From Haliotis rubra (lineage: Eukaryota): a DNA stretch of 64,000 nucleotides. How positions within the stretch are numbered: position 1 is the stretch's first letter; each line of letters begins with the position of its first letter. The notes beneath the pieces are model-generated. The model did no database searches and was not told the DNA's origin. It saw only the letters and a program-made list of their open reading frames with translations. The stretch is from positions 620,001 through 684,000 of the forward strand of contig NW_025767086.1 of the NCBI RefSeq assembly GCF_003918875.1. Reading direction: 5' to 3'. Made by a program: the position numbers and the translations under genes. Shown here one piece after another: positions 36,701 through 50,300 of the stretch.

Positions 36701-39700
36701 AACAGGAGAGTAATTCTGTGTGCATCGTGAAGCTAATAATCAATATGAATAACATTCTCAAACCTCTAAAAACTGGTTAATGTGACTGAATGTGTTAAAA
36801 CTCCATCTTTAAGTTAGGAATGGGAACAGGAACTGTAATTTCTGCACCCAGTGAACAATAGGCAAGATTGACATAAATACATCTCACAAACCGGGATAAA
36901 ATGCATGATATATATTTGTCTATAAAGCTTCCTTGTCTGAACTGCTATGTTGTGAGTGATGGATTGAATATTTCTCAATACTACATCAGCTAACTTGCAC
37001 CAATATTAGCGGCACCAGTACATATGATATGGAGATATGGGGTGGATATCTAATGCAGCAAAACACAGCATCAAAATTGCTCCTTTTTTATAAGAGAATA
37101 TGCCTTGTTAGTGAAAATAGATTACCTTTTCTTATTCACAGATGGTCCCTGTCGGTGCCTAAATCATGGGACTGTATAGTTGTGAAGCTATTTGAAAGTC
37201 TTAATTTATCTTTGACTTCTCAGTTTGACGTTTTAAAATGTAAACTTATAGATATCGATACAAATAATTGGCTTTTAAAACTCCGGGACGACAGGGGACA
37301 AGTTAATGGGAATAAGTTAAGGACGTACCGTCTCTATAAAACTGCTTTTTGTACTTCAGACTATGTGAAATCACATGACAGAGTCGCCTGTAGCTATTTA
37401 GCAAAATTTAGAAGTGGCACACTCCCCTTAGAAATCGAGACTGGTCGTTTCACAAAACCTAAAATCCCCCTTGAGAATCGCCTATGCAAGTTTTGTAATG
37501 CTAAGGTTATTGAAGACGTTCATTTTCTGACAACATGCAGTTTATATTCAGCCGTATGAAGCCCGCTTTTGAATCGCGCCTCGTCTTTAGATCAAAATTT
37601 CCCCCACCTGTCTGCGAAGGAACAACTCCTGTTTTTAATGAAACACCCAAACCTTAACCACTCCGTCGCCGCTTTAATTAAAAATATGTTTAGATTTAGA
37701 CTCACTCAAAATGTGTCCTAAAACGTGTTTTTTTTAATAAAAAAATTCTGTTTGTATTTTAATGCAAGCTCAATCACAATCGCTTACTTTTATTATTACC
37801 TTTTAGCACCATGTGGTGCTTTTATATGTACATTTTAAGACAATTAGTGTCAAATAGGCCCAAGTTGGCCGGGCCATGTTTTACATGGTATTTTATATTG
37901 TGTTTAATGCTTGCATCGCTTGACACTTAAATAAATTATTTTTCTTCTTCTTCTTCATATACATTCTTGGTTAAAACTTATGTTAAACAATAAATTTGAA
38001 AAGAAAAACAAAACATATGTACAGTGTCAAGAGACAAGTGTAGCCTTCAACAACAAATTCTTAAGAACAGAACCTTTCAAAATATATGTAACAAAACGTA
38101 ATTGATGTGAAACAGTTCCTTGTACAACACTGCTGTGTTCTATTGCCAAAATAATATGTAGGACACATATCTCGTGACCATTCCTATCATTTACAGGAAT
38201 AAATACATGGTTAGAAGACAATACACTCACAACATCCTGAAATGTTGCTTTAAATTATTCTGACAAGAAAGTGCAACTGTCTTTGTTTTAGTAGTAAAAT
38301 ACGGGTGTCTCGAAATATTTGTCTGGAAATAAGACCGTATTTCAAATTATTTGTTTACCTTTTCTGAACAAATTTATTATTCAAATCAACTGATTAATTT
38401 AACCACCCAAACAAAGTGTCACTGTACTGAAACCATATTCCTGCAGTGTGTAATTTGCAAAGTGGTTCTCTCTTGTATAAAGGGCTGAAAGTGAAACAGA
38501 CCTTGTAAGTCATATTCATAGATATTTAAATCAGAGATAATTAGGTCCTATTGTCAGCAGCCATGAGACAGTAATTAATCTGGTAAGCAAGCCCACCTGA
38601 AATCACAGGTTCCACTGGGGGATTTACATGCTTCAATGCCTACATGATTCAAACACAGATAAAAATCAGCTTGGGACTTGACAATTGAAGCTCATTAAGT
38701 CTAGCACAAACTTGTAATTAAGCATTCTTTGTAAGGATAAGTTTCACAGAAAGGTAAAGTATTCGGATTATTAAACAAGCACTGTCCTATTTCTTCTGTG
38801 CAAAAATATGCTACAATCAAACTAACTGATAGAAATTAAAATATGTGACATTTCAAAATCTGGGCAGTATGTTAATCACTGGTACGCTAGACATATTTTC
38901 TTTTTAAAATTCTGGGCGTTGCCATGCTACATACACAACAAAATCATGCTGGGATCACAGCTTTAAAATGTCCTCCACAACACTAATTATTTCATCACCA
39001 TTTAGCTAAGACTGTTTAGAAAGAAATAAAAGTAGGTCAGCATGAGTTAAACAAACCTAACCAGTTCAGCCTGCACAACTGTTTACCCATTTTTTAAAAA
39101 GAATATTTTTAAAAGTTTTCAAGTACTGAGCAAGTCGCTGATAAGGCAAAGTTCAGGATGTTAAAGACAGGTGATGTGGTTGGTAGCAGCCGCAAGTCCT
39201 TCGACCTGCCCTAAAGGTAAACGACACAGTTACTCCTACCGAGACAATTCAAACAAAGTTTTAGGGAAGACAAATGAAAGTGATCAGTGAGAGGACAGGG
39301 AGCAGGGGAGAGAAGTTGGCTTTGTTCGACAGGCCACGAGCCAAAACCATGGGCAACGTAGTGGCACATCTCCACACAAAGGACTGAAGGAGGCTTACCT
39401 ACACACCTCATTTGAATACAGGTGTAGAGGGGGACATCATAGCTAAGTTATTATATTGGTTGAGCGGGATGGCGGGCACGAGGCGGGACAGATGGCACGT
39501 GGCCTGCACACGACCCGACCTACACAAAACCCCACAAAGACGTCACACCTAAAAACACCTGCCGTTATCAGCCCAGACAAAAACTCAAACATTCTCAGTT
39601 GCAATGCTTCAGTGACCACAGGCAATGTTCAACAGCTTGAAGGAAATGGTTCAGAGACAGACATATCGGGGTGGTTCAACAGCTCATTTTAGCAAACGTT

Positions 39701-41708
39701 GAAATGAGATCAAGTGCAGTTTTGACTTTCAAAGCAGTTGAAGAAGGAAAAAAAGACAGGGAATTTGAATCGCATGAAAATGATTCAGTTCTGTTAGGGG
39801 CAGTAAATGTTAGCCATTGAAGAAAATAATCCAATCATAAAATACCTTACCAATGGATAAAGGTATAGACTTTTCCTAAGTTCAGAAAATATTCTCAAAA
39901 TATAAGAGAGCATGAATAATTGGTATCCATGGAGACTGACTGTTGACATGCTGGTTTCACACTAGCCATTGTTTGAACCACTCCTCACAATATACTGGTA
40001 AGATTCAGCATAGCCAAATACAGAATAGTAGCATGTAATCATAGTGGGGAGCATGGGCAAATAGGAGTATTTGGTATTACTTTTAAACATTAGAAGTGGC
40101 AATATTTGTCATGATACATTTCAAAGTAAAAGCCCCTTCCACTTCCAGATGTTTAATTGAAGTTCATATCAATTTAAAAAAACATGACAAACAAAAGTTG
40201 GTAGATCTTGATAAAAACAACAGGGTTACACTCAGACTGTAAACTTCAATTTGACATTGACATCACATATATGAGGGAAAGAGTTCCTTCCGTCCCCCCA
40301 ACCCTAAACCTAACTTAAATTTTGGACTTTTAGTCATTGAGTTCTCTGGTTATTGTTGTGTTAAGTTTTGTAAACAATTTTAGTATATTTATAAATGTTA
40401 TTTGGGAAGGGGAACGCGAGGAACTCTTACCAAAATTCTTGTCACACTGTAGATCTATACAATTGTTTCAAGTGTTCTCTTGGGCCAGCTATATTAGTTT
40501 CCTTCTTTCCATGAACCTACCCATAAACTGGGCATGATCAATTATGGAAAACAAGCTGACAATATCGGTAATGTTTTCGAGTTTAATATCACAAATTGAG
40601 TAACTCAGTGAATCTGAAAGTTAAATGGGTGTGACTGTTTAGTGGGGTTCTTGTTGAGATTGCAAGCACTTTGCTAAACCTGTGAGTTCGCATGGGAGTG
40701 AGCACATGGCCTCTGACCTATTTAGCACAGAATTATTGGGACAAAGGAATGGGTGCGACTGTGTTCCCACAACTTGACATACAATGCAAAACGTTTCCAA
40801 CACACAGAATACAATCATACGTCAACATGAATGATGAGCTGTCAGTATTTGAAATAAATAAGCTACTCGAATAGCCAATCGATCCGATTACATCTGTTCT
40901 ATTTTAAGCCCCAACAAACTAAAGATGAACTGACGTAATTTTCACTGGGCGGGAACGTTTATTTTCCATAAATAAAACAGAATAACACACATTAAACTCG
41001 TAATTATTAAATAAAATAGTTATCACAAATGATAAATGTTTGTCAGACCGACTGTTATCCTTACAACTACTAGGAAACTCGAGTTTTGAAAGAAGGCGTT
41101 GGCCTGTGTTTACCTCGCCATGCGGTCGACAACAAACAATGGCGCGCAACACACTGCGAGGATAACCGCTGTACATTCTTACCTGTATGGGTTCTAAGAT
41201 GGGCCTTGAGATGGGAACTTTTGCCATACACTTTCTCACATCCCAGATAGTGACATTTGTGAAGCTTCTTAACTGCTGCTGACATGTCTTTGCCAAGTTG
41301 GTCTCCTTTCTTCCCCTCCCAGTCACTTCCACTCAAAGTAGGCGTGGTCGAGTTAGCTCTTCGCCGTCGCACTCGTTTACGCTGCGCGGAAACATTCTGA
41401 CAAATGTCAAATGTGTTGTGATGATTACTGGAGTTAATTCTACAAAGTTCGTCACTATCGTAATCATTGTCAATTGGGTCTTGCTTGAATTTACTCAAAT
41501 CAGCCAGAATTCTGGCCAACATGAACAAAGACTCCGGTTGACTTCTCGAAGTGTCCGTTGTTGTGGCAACTCTCTCCTCACATTCAACTGACACAGCTGC
41601 TGTGTCGTCTGATCGAGGGTTAAAACATGAATTTGACATTGCGACAAGGCATTCTGCCGCCAGGTTTGTGTCATAATCGCGACAGTCTTTATGCTGCAAG
41701 AGTGTCAT
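33745..41708 (-). CDS. KLF9/13: Kruppel-like factor of the KLF9/13/14/16 (BTEB) group, 265 aa
   Basis: Exons 41708-41183, 34675-34586 and 33926-33745 total 798 nt. N-terminal Sin3-interaction motif AAECLVAMS, basic RKRVRRRR, and three C2H2 fingers: [81 protein letters not shown]. Confidence 0.94.
37025..37955 (+). mobile_element. 5'-truncated LINE (L2/Crack/CR1-group) 3' end in KLF intron 1
   Basis: ORF2 C-terminus [45 protein letters not shown] (CCHC-type motif), a 3' UTR, aataaa and a (ttc)n tail. Confidence 0.82.
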
Positions 41709-41959
41709 TTTGATGTCTTGAAAGGTCACATAAAATCAGCTGGTCTTGTAAGATCACACGCCCTCTTTGTTTGAACACAGCTTGTTCCCGACAATTTCAC
41801 CTTATGACGATCAGCTACGGCGAAGATGGTAACCTCACCTCGAATGTAATGTTCCCCTTATGAAATTACTCGTTCCGGAGATATGCTGACTTGTTTTGTC
41901 TCGTGTGACTTTCAGGTCTACACACTCACGTCTAACAAACGCCACTGCAATGTTTCATT

Positions 41960-42040
41960 CCACACCGCGTGCAGTGGGCGTGCCGTTCCTAAAGTCGGAA
42001 GTGACGTCAAACAAGTTATCCCGTGATTTCATTGGCTACT
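41960..42040 (-). promoter_or_regulatory. KLF promoter: GC/BTE box, overlapping ETS-CRE element, CCAAT
   Basis: gggcgtg at 41976-41982, CGGAAGTGACGTCA at 41996-42009 and attggct at ~42031, 270-330 bp upstream of the ATG. Confidence 0.6.
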
Positions 42041-43029
42041 GAATCACAAACCCGCGAAAGATAAGAATATTCGACCTGGATAATCAGCTGATGGCCGACA
42101 ACTATCCCGAACAAAAGCTGGTAAATCTAGCGCGTTAGATTTGTAGGTCACCCGCCGCCGAACCCATCATTACTGCACAACTAAAAAGTATTTGGTTTTA
42201 GAAATACGTTTTGGAAATATTTGCAGAACAGTTGTAAATGAACGAATTGTGAAGCCTTTTGACCTAGAAAATATATGACAATATATTTTAAAAGCACAGC
42301 CGCAGGTGCACGACAAGTCTAATTTAAAACAAGTATGTCAAAACCATTAAAAACGTATAACAATAGCAATGATACATTATTTGTTCTAGAACTACTGACG
42401 CATCTACCTAACGTGGTTTGTAAGTGCATATTCTTTCAGTACTGATATTAAACAACCAACTTATTCTGTTAGAAAAGAAATAGATCCAACTACAACACAG
42501 AGGGCCACTGAAGTCGTCCTCAAATATGGTCGTTTGGTGATGGGGACATGATTAAAGGCGGTGATTTCAATAATAAAAAGAAGTTTAAGGTACCAAACCA
42601 CCTGTATATTGCAGGACAGAATCTCTTATTTACATATTGCGTTTCATAATGAAATGGAGTATTTGAAAATAATAGGGTATATTGACAAAAGCTTTTTCCT
42701 TCTGAAAACAATACATTCCGGTTACGCACGCAATGACAACATTGCTCATCTTCTGTAAATTCATTCAGTTGGATATTTCGCGTCCTACCTGCAGCTCTGT
42801 GGTGTAGAGAAGACCATATTCGTAAAACAAATATTACATGGTACTCGAATCTACTACATCAAAGCCCCTTTCAACAGACAAATTACATTGATGTGGGGTG
42901 AGATTAGATCGGGTAGACTAAGTTGACGAAGCGATGTCAAGTAGGTAACGCTGTGACGACGTTGTGAGTTGTCAACTGTACCTATATATCGTGAAGTATT
43001 GTATCATACAATCGTTTTTTAAAGCATCG

Positions 43030-43150
43030 CTGGGGTGGCCTGGCGGTTCAATCGTCACTCCGATGACCTTCGTTCGAATCCGCACAGGGCTAGCTAGTAG
43101 TGTGAAGGTCATTTCTGGTATCCCCGACGTTATATTGTGGGAATATTACT
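43030..43150 (+). mobile_element. Degenerate family B SINE
   Basis: tggggtggcctggcggtt..gttcgaatcc..catttctggtatcccc..gggaatatt. Confidence 0.55.
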
Positions 43151-43774
43151 GACCATCAATTAACCAATCAGTGAAACTATAATTAATACTAATGAAGACC
43201 GGGACAAATCCAAAGAAATTGGCTAAAGCACATATACCTGACACAGACAGGTACTCTATACTAGAAATCCATATCAACTTAATGACGCTAATTGATATAG
43301 AGATGGAGAGGCAAGCCCTCGCCAGCGAGTTAATCTGGTATTGGCCCTCTTCACTCAGAGCCTGTTTGAGCACGTGTGGGGTTAAATCCAACGAAGAGTT
43401 CGTAAAATGCGCTTTCCTGAAGACGTTTGCTCCTCAATAAACACAACTTTATCATTTGAACCCATCGCGGGTGTAATTTCGCTCAGTCGATCAAACTTGC
43501 AGCTACATATACGTACATGTATATATAAAACAAAAGCTAAATTTGTTAATGGATCTTTGTTTTGTTTCTTTTTTAACGCCCTACCGAAAGATAATTCAGT
43601 TATATGACGGTGGAGTATTTTTGTGATATTTGTCAACAGGTAAAGCACAAGAAACACCTGGGGGCCCCTTCGGTGCTGTCACGTTGTCGGTGACACGCCT
43701 ATTGTGGTTAGGCAGCAGCTCCCATTACCAATGAAGAAGAAACGAGATATGGACTATAAAAATGCTTTATTGTA

Positions 43775-44960
43775 CAGTACAACCAGAAATTATTGAGAAT
43801 TTAAAGACTGTAAATTTTTATATTTTTTTCACTCATTACTCACGTATTAAATGTGAATATTAGCAGAACATAACTCCAGATTCAAAGACAGGTGAACAGT
43901 TAGTATTTTGTCAAGTCACCATGGGCAGCAATGCAGGCTTCAATGCGGCGGGGCATACTACTGATCAAAGAAGTTAGAAAGTCGTGGTCCATGCTGTCCC
44001 AATATCGGTCAAACTAATAATGTCATATTTGGGTCCAAACCAGGCCTGTGAATGCTTTGAACGATGTTTTGGGTCATTGTCCTGCTGGAAAATCCAACAA
44101 TTTCCATAGAACACGTGAGCAGATGGAAGTAAATGTCCCTCGGTATCTGTGTACCGCTCACTGTTCATATTCCCTTCAAATACACAGAGGGGCGTTGCCC
44201 CTAACACAGATATGTCACCCCACACGTTAAATTTCGGACTGTACTTTGGGCGCTGATACAAAGGTTTTTCAGTTTGTTTGGTGCAGAATTTCAGTGTATT
44301 AGGAAACAGCCACACAGAACTTTCATCTGAGAAAATAACATTGTCCCAGTTAAACTTTCTATGCTGTAAGCACCAGTTCAACCTTCGCTCCTTTTGTTCA
44401 GGTTTCATGATCGGTGATGGAATTCCTCGTTTTTTTCTGCCAACCCATTGCATGCAGCTCAGTTCTAATTGTCTCCTTACAGACAGCCACAGTTCCTCTA
44501 TCAATCATATCCAGCCTTAAGTTTTCTAAACTCCTTCGTTTGTTTTTAGAAACAAGAATACCAAGCCGTCTCCTGTCACCGACAGTCAATTGTCTGGGCC
44601 TACCTGCGCCTCCCTGGTGCTCAATGCCATATCCATTTGCAATATTTTTCAAAACACGATAAACAGTGGACAAAGGGATGCCTGTTCTACTTGAAATCAC
44701 TTTAGCTGATCTGATGTCCTTGTTATAATACTCTAAAATCAACTTCCTCTTCTCTAAATCATCCATACTGAGGATCACTGAAAATGTCGTCTGCTAGCAA
44801 GTAAACAAAGGGGATAACTCTTCACAAACTAATGAAAAAGTGATTAACAGAGTTGTCTCTCTGGAATGAAACCAAGCACTTGATAGCTGGTCAAGGTTGT
44901 TTATACTAGAAATCCAATTAAACATGTTCCTAAAATTCTCAATAATTTCTGGTCATACTT
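43775..44960 (-). mobile_element. Tc1/mariner transposon, both TIRs present, transposase defective
   Basis: TIRs cagtacaaccagaaattattgagaatttt / aaaattctcaataatttctggtcatactt with TA flanks. HTH ORF 44778-44398 is frameshifted relative to ORF 44504-43974 (IFSDES, FQQDNDPKH). The SPDLNPIE segment is missing. Confidence 0.9.
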
Positions 44961-45456
44961 TATGTACAAAAATAGTGGTTGGTTTATGTCGTAGACATAA
45001 CAAATGCGACAACCGTAGCTTCATAATGGATGGACTGAGTGCATTTTGATCAGGATATATTTAAGACTGCAACTACACCCATCTTAATACCTTCAACATC
45101 GCGTATTAACTGGTAAGTACTGGTTATATTTAAAAAAACCCAAACCAACAGCAGCCATTCTGTTGCATTTATAATGACATGAACTGTTGCGATGTCATTG
45201 CTGCCTACGCCTAACACAAGATTATCTGCATGTGTGGTGACCTATCATGACATCAGTCACATGGTGATCTGGGCGTTTTAATATTTGCTGCATGGGCGGG
45301 ACACAAACTGCATGCTAAGGTCTGACAGCCAAACATAGTTCAAACCCTAAGTAGCCATGCTTCCCGATACTTCAAACGCCGATATATGATGTTTTTGTGA
45401 AAGGTTTAGCACATTAATTCAAACTCTCTATATAGACCAGTGGATGATCAACTGAC

Positions 45457-45458
<2 letters not shown>

Positions 45459-45505
<47 letters not shown>
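45459..45505. repeat. (TG)n microsatellite
   Basis: About 23 TG units. Confidence 0.95.
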
Positions 45506-45507
<2 letters not shown>

Positions 45508-45747
45508 GTGTGTAGATTGAGTGAAAGACTCAGATGTTACTGTATTGTAGCATTTTTATGGGAGTGTGTATATGCTTCCAATTCATCTATATACCAGTAT
45601 ATGTATCTATTCCTATATCAGAATCTCAGGAAAACACATTCACAACATACAAAATTTAAAATATTGAGACTTAGGGATGAGAAGATTATTAGAAGCAAAT
45701 ATGACTGTGATGCGTAGTGCCTCAGTTTAATACTTTCATCTACTGAG

Positions 45748-45906
45748 AAGAGTGACTGAGTATGGTCTTGTACGCAGCCTTTAGCATTATTTCAGCAACA
45801 TCACTTACATCAGAAATGAGCTTCACACATAATACCCATGTGTGGAATCGAACCCGAGTCGTTAACGTGAAGAGCAAACTCTTTACCCTTTATGCTACCC
45901 CACCGT
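45748..45906 (-). mobile_element. Family B SINE, diverged
   Basis: gagtgactgagtatggtcttgtacgc..gaatcgaacccgagtc..gctaccccaccg. Confidence 0.75.
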
Positions 45907-47324
45907 CCCTCTACGTAAACAATACTTTCATCTTCGTATTATCGACTTTCTTAACCATATTTTCTTGACTATTCGAGGGTTATTCTGGGTCTGGTCTCCA
46001 CTTAAGAAAATAAAAGAGTCTTCTACATCAATGAAGGTATCACTTACATGGTGTGAGTATCTTCAACGTAGAAGAAAGTTTTGTCTATGTAGATGAAAAT
46101 ATTTTAAAAGACTGGCACCAATACGCTTCCATAGATGCGTGTAGTGCCATGTACGCAATGGAAAAGTAGTGCGGTTTACTGGCGACCACACTCAACGTAA
46201 ACGCAATTTCCTTCATGGAATAATTTAGATGAATACATACGTACAAATTTACTTTACACGCATACCATTATATGTAATTTACTTGTATAGTATTTGTTTT
46301 TCGTTTTATTTTCTCCTGTCATACAGAATCCTTATAGAGTCAAGTAGAATATTCTTTCACATCGTGACAAGGTAACATTGATTTCTAGAAAATTTATTTT
46401 ATTTCTTTATATAATATTACTGCAACTGGATTAAAAAAATGTTATCAGGACGTCGGTCAGAGCGCGTCTTAATGTATTTACATCATACTGGCCGATGCGA
46501 ATTGTTTTCTTGAACATATGGCTACAAATGTAAGTCGTCATTGATTAACTGATCGTTCATTGAACAATAAATGTAAAGGTGTGTCAAACAGTTACTAGGG
46601 TAGATGTATATTTTAGAATGTCGTCTGTTAGTCTAGCGTCGTTGAGTCCATAGTCTGGATGTGCATATATATTTCGCAATTCTTCATTTGGATGGGTCGT
46701 TGCAAGGATATTCTTAAAGGGGCCTGAAATCATGCAGCCATGTGTGGTTCATACGAACCCTCGTCCGACGGAAAAGCCGGTTCTCGAGTACACGACATTA
46801 AATAATTAACTAACATAAATAATGTCAAATTCACGATGAGTTATATCATGAGTGAATATCTGAATTGTAGCTTTTGGCGTGGTAACACGTTGAATAACGT
46901 CACTGAAGTGTCCGACATTAATATCCTTTTGAATGACGTTAAATGTTTTTAGGACGTGGTTTTGAATAGATCAAATGTGTGAGCGTGGTTCTATGACGTA
47001 ATAGTATCACAGGGAAGGGAACCACACGAGTATGACCTTGCATCGGTGTATAGCGTCACATAAATGCCTGTTATGGTATAATCACAATAGTGTCCGCCAC
47101 ACAGGCTTATCACAGAACTGCTTTGTTAATATAACCTGAAATTATACACCATCCGACACACCAAACAGGGTTTTTTTCTTCAAAAGACACATTCTTCCTG
47201 AACCCTTCGCTACAATGTCCACCTCCTTAAATGGCTGATTACTACCCATCACTGAAGTCTTCAAATGCACAGTACGTCATAGTAAATGTCACTCGTGCAG
47301 TGGTATTTGCCTTTTTCCATGGTG

Positions 47325-50300
47325 TCATTTTGAAAAGAGCATCTCCTTTGGTAGCGGCCTCGGCTTCGAAAATTTCTGTGACCTTGACCTTCCCTCGGCG
47401 GAAGACGTTGAGGAAGCAATGGATGGTAACTGACTGGAAGCCGAGTTTGGCCGCGGACTTTGATTCAGCTGGAAAAAATACACACGTTCAAATTGATATT
47501 AAATTTGATATACGTTCATTTGGAAATACGTTTATATCATTACTTTTAATACCAACCATTAAGAGTCGTACTGAGTATTATACTTGTTTTGACTGTGTAA
47601 TCCCTTTCCTGATTCATGGAAGTGCAGGTAGAAATCAAAATGGAATGTGTTAATCTCACTACATCGCCATCTTTGGTTACCAAGAACCTTTGTAACAATC
47701 CTTCAACTGATAGAAATTGATCCTGTTTCAATTATTCTACGTTTAGTCGATGTACATATGGCGGAAACGCTTTAAGTCAAAATGTCCATATCTGCGAAAA
47801 GTACAGAGTCAGGTATGTCATATTTTGAAGTTTGAATTCAGGAATCAAACTGAAACAAAGCTTGAAACTCTAATATTATTAACAAAAATGACTTATGGAT
47901 ATACACACGACCTAGGCTTAAAATTCAGAACATTCCAGCACAAAATGCACCCTAAAGTTTTAAACACATACAGACTCGGCTCTCATGTGGTCAGTGTTTG
48001 CTCTTAACCCAGTAAGGCTGAAGGTTCTAAGGACCCAGAACAACAAATGGTTGTGAGCCCTGATCAGAATGTGTAGGCCCTATATTTTACCTACAGTATA
48101 CGTCATTTCGAGCAACTAAAAAATGTCTAAATTGCTCCCTCGAAAATGATAGCCATTTCATTTTCAGACAACAGCTTTTGATCGAGATTAAAACTAGAAA
48201 TTACTGAATGATATTTTCTGAAAAATAATACTCTTAGTTATTGGGGATGAAAAAGCTGTCAGTCATAAGGACCTGCAGAAAAGCAAGGCTCTGGGTCCGA
48301 GCGGCTTTCAGTCGGCTGCGGGCCTAAGGATCGACGTTAATTTCGAACGCGGATAATGTGGTATTATAAAGCACTGAGTGATTAGTCAAGTTCTACACCT
48401 TCGGTACTTTCAATCCCTTGGGTTCGTTCGGTCTAATGGAGACATTTATCCCAATAACTTTAAAAACGTTAGGTTTTGGGTCACTTCTACGTTGTACTGT
48501 TCGTGGTCTGTGTGCAGTCTGTCGCATAAACTGACAACAGCAGAATACATGTCTAAACCCTGTATGGGAGACGAAAAGCCTATTACACATTATTCACTGC
48601 ATTAGAGTTCATGCATGCATGAAGCCTCCATTGGATCATTCAATATATAAATTAGTTAATGTCCTCAATTTGAACAATAGGCAAAATGGCACAGTGTTTT
48701 TAATATTGTGTTTTGGACTTTTTAATGCATATCGCTACGAAGGCAAGCAGCCAACACTTGGCGTCAATGGTTATTATGTTATGTATGTTGTGTACACGCA
48801 ACTTGTATATTATTAGATGTATACATAAAGTGGGATGATGGTGATAGAGCCGAGATAGTTTAAACTACTGATTCCCATTCTTTTAACCCTCGTACATGCC
48901 ACAGGAGACTGAAGAAACCATTTTGAAAGTAAGTTACAATATATAAGATGATAGTACTAATACTTCAGCAGCATGCATCTACAGACTCACGTGAACGACC
49001 AAGCACCTTGGGCTTACCTCCTCGTAGTACGTCTGTATGGTACTTGAGAAGTGGGGCTTGCTGGAGGGCACTGCGGTGCCTCTGTAGCCCCGACCCCCGG
49101 GTTTTGTGTACCCGTTTACCAACACCGGCTGGCCAAGACCATTTTGTATCACAGTCCCTGACTGACCATGGCCGAGGCTGCCTTGGCTTCGATTGAGAGA
49201 TTTGTTAGGTTGAGGTGACTGCACCGCCCCTGATTTAGCGCTCCGAGGGTCTACAATGACTGGCTGTTGCGTGGTGAACACACGGTTAAAGTTTGAGTCT
49301 CTATTGCTGAGCTCCAGGCGGTAACGCTGTATTTCCCGACGTAGTCGCTCCAGCTCTTCGTTGTGGTTCTATAAAACAATCACAAGGTACTGCAGTGAGT
49401 TGAGAAGGCATGGACCAATCAATCAGGGCGGACGTGCCCCTTCAACATAGCAGGTTTACCGCACAAAATTACCCATGACTAGGTACACAGTAGTGTCATA
49501 GAAATGATTTCAACGCGGTGGGGGCGCCAGTCCTTCAAGAACTAAGTACTATACTACGACACAGATTTATGATGATGTTTCTCTTCTGTTAAGACCTAAC
49601 TGCTTCTTTTGCAGTGGGTTGGTGAGTGAGTGGGTGAGTTAGTGAGTTTTACACAGGTTTTAGCAATATCACGGCGGGGGACATGCACCAGAAATGGGCT
49701 TCATACATTGTTCCCATGTGGTGAATCGAACATGGGTTTTCGGCGTGACGAGCGAACGCTTTGACCACTAGCCTACCCCATGGCCCCTGCTTTTTATGCA
49801 GTTGAGTATGGCTTAATGCCACTCTTAACAGAACATCAGATGTCTCCCATGTCTGCCTGGAAAATCGACCCAGAGGTATAGTGTTGATAACCATAACAAA
49901 AAATCTCGAATTCGAAACCAACCATTAGCGGATCTTGTTTCGACGCACATAGGCACCTTACATCACGATTGATTATGACATCTTTTGATATAATTTTGAG
50001 AAAGGGACTATACTGAAATATAATCCTTAAAACCTGGCTACAGTCGGCGTTACATATATCGGGAGGGGTTACTTACTGTGTATGACGGCGCACTGCGGGG
50101 CATCTTGTTCACTTGACTAGCCACAGTTTCTGTGACGCGTCTGTTGAAATCTCGCTTCAGATTTTTCAACTCAGTTTCCAATACCTTGACCTTGGTCAGC
50201 ACTTGATCCTTGGCCCTGTGACTCTCTTCCAACAGTTCATGCACGCGAGTCAACTCAGACTCCAGCTTCTCATTGCTCTTCTCGAAATCTCTCACAGCCG

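Noticed and set aside
47231-47653. 140-aa + strand ORF
   Set aside because: Overlaps the last FAM184 exon in antisense, with no recognisable domain.
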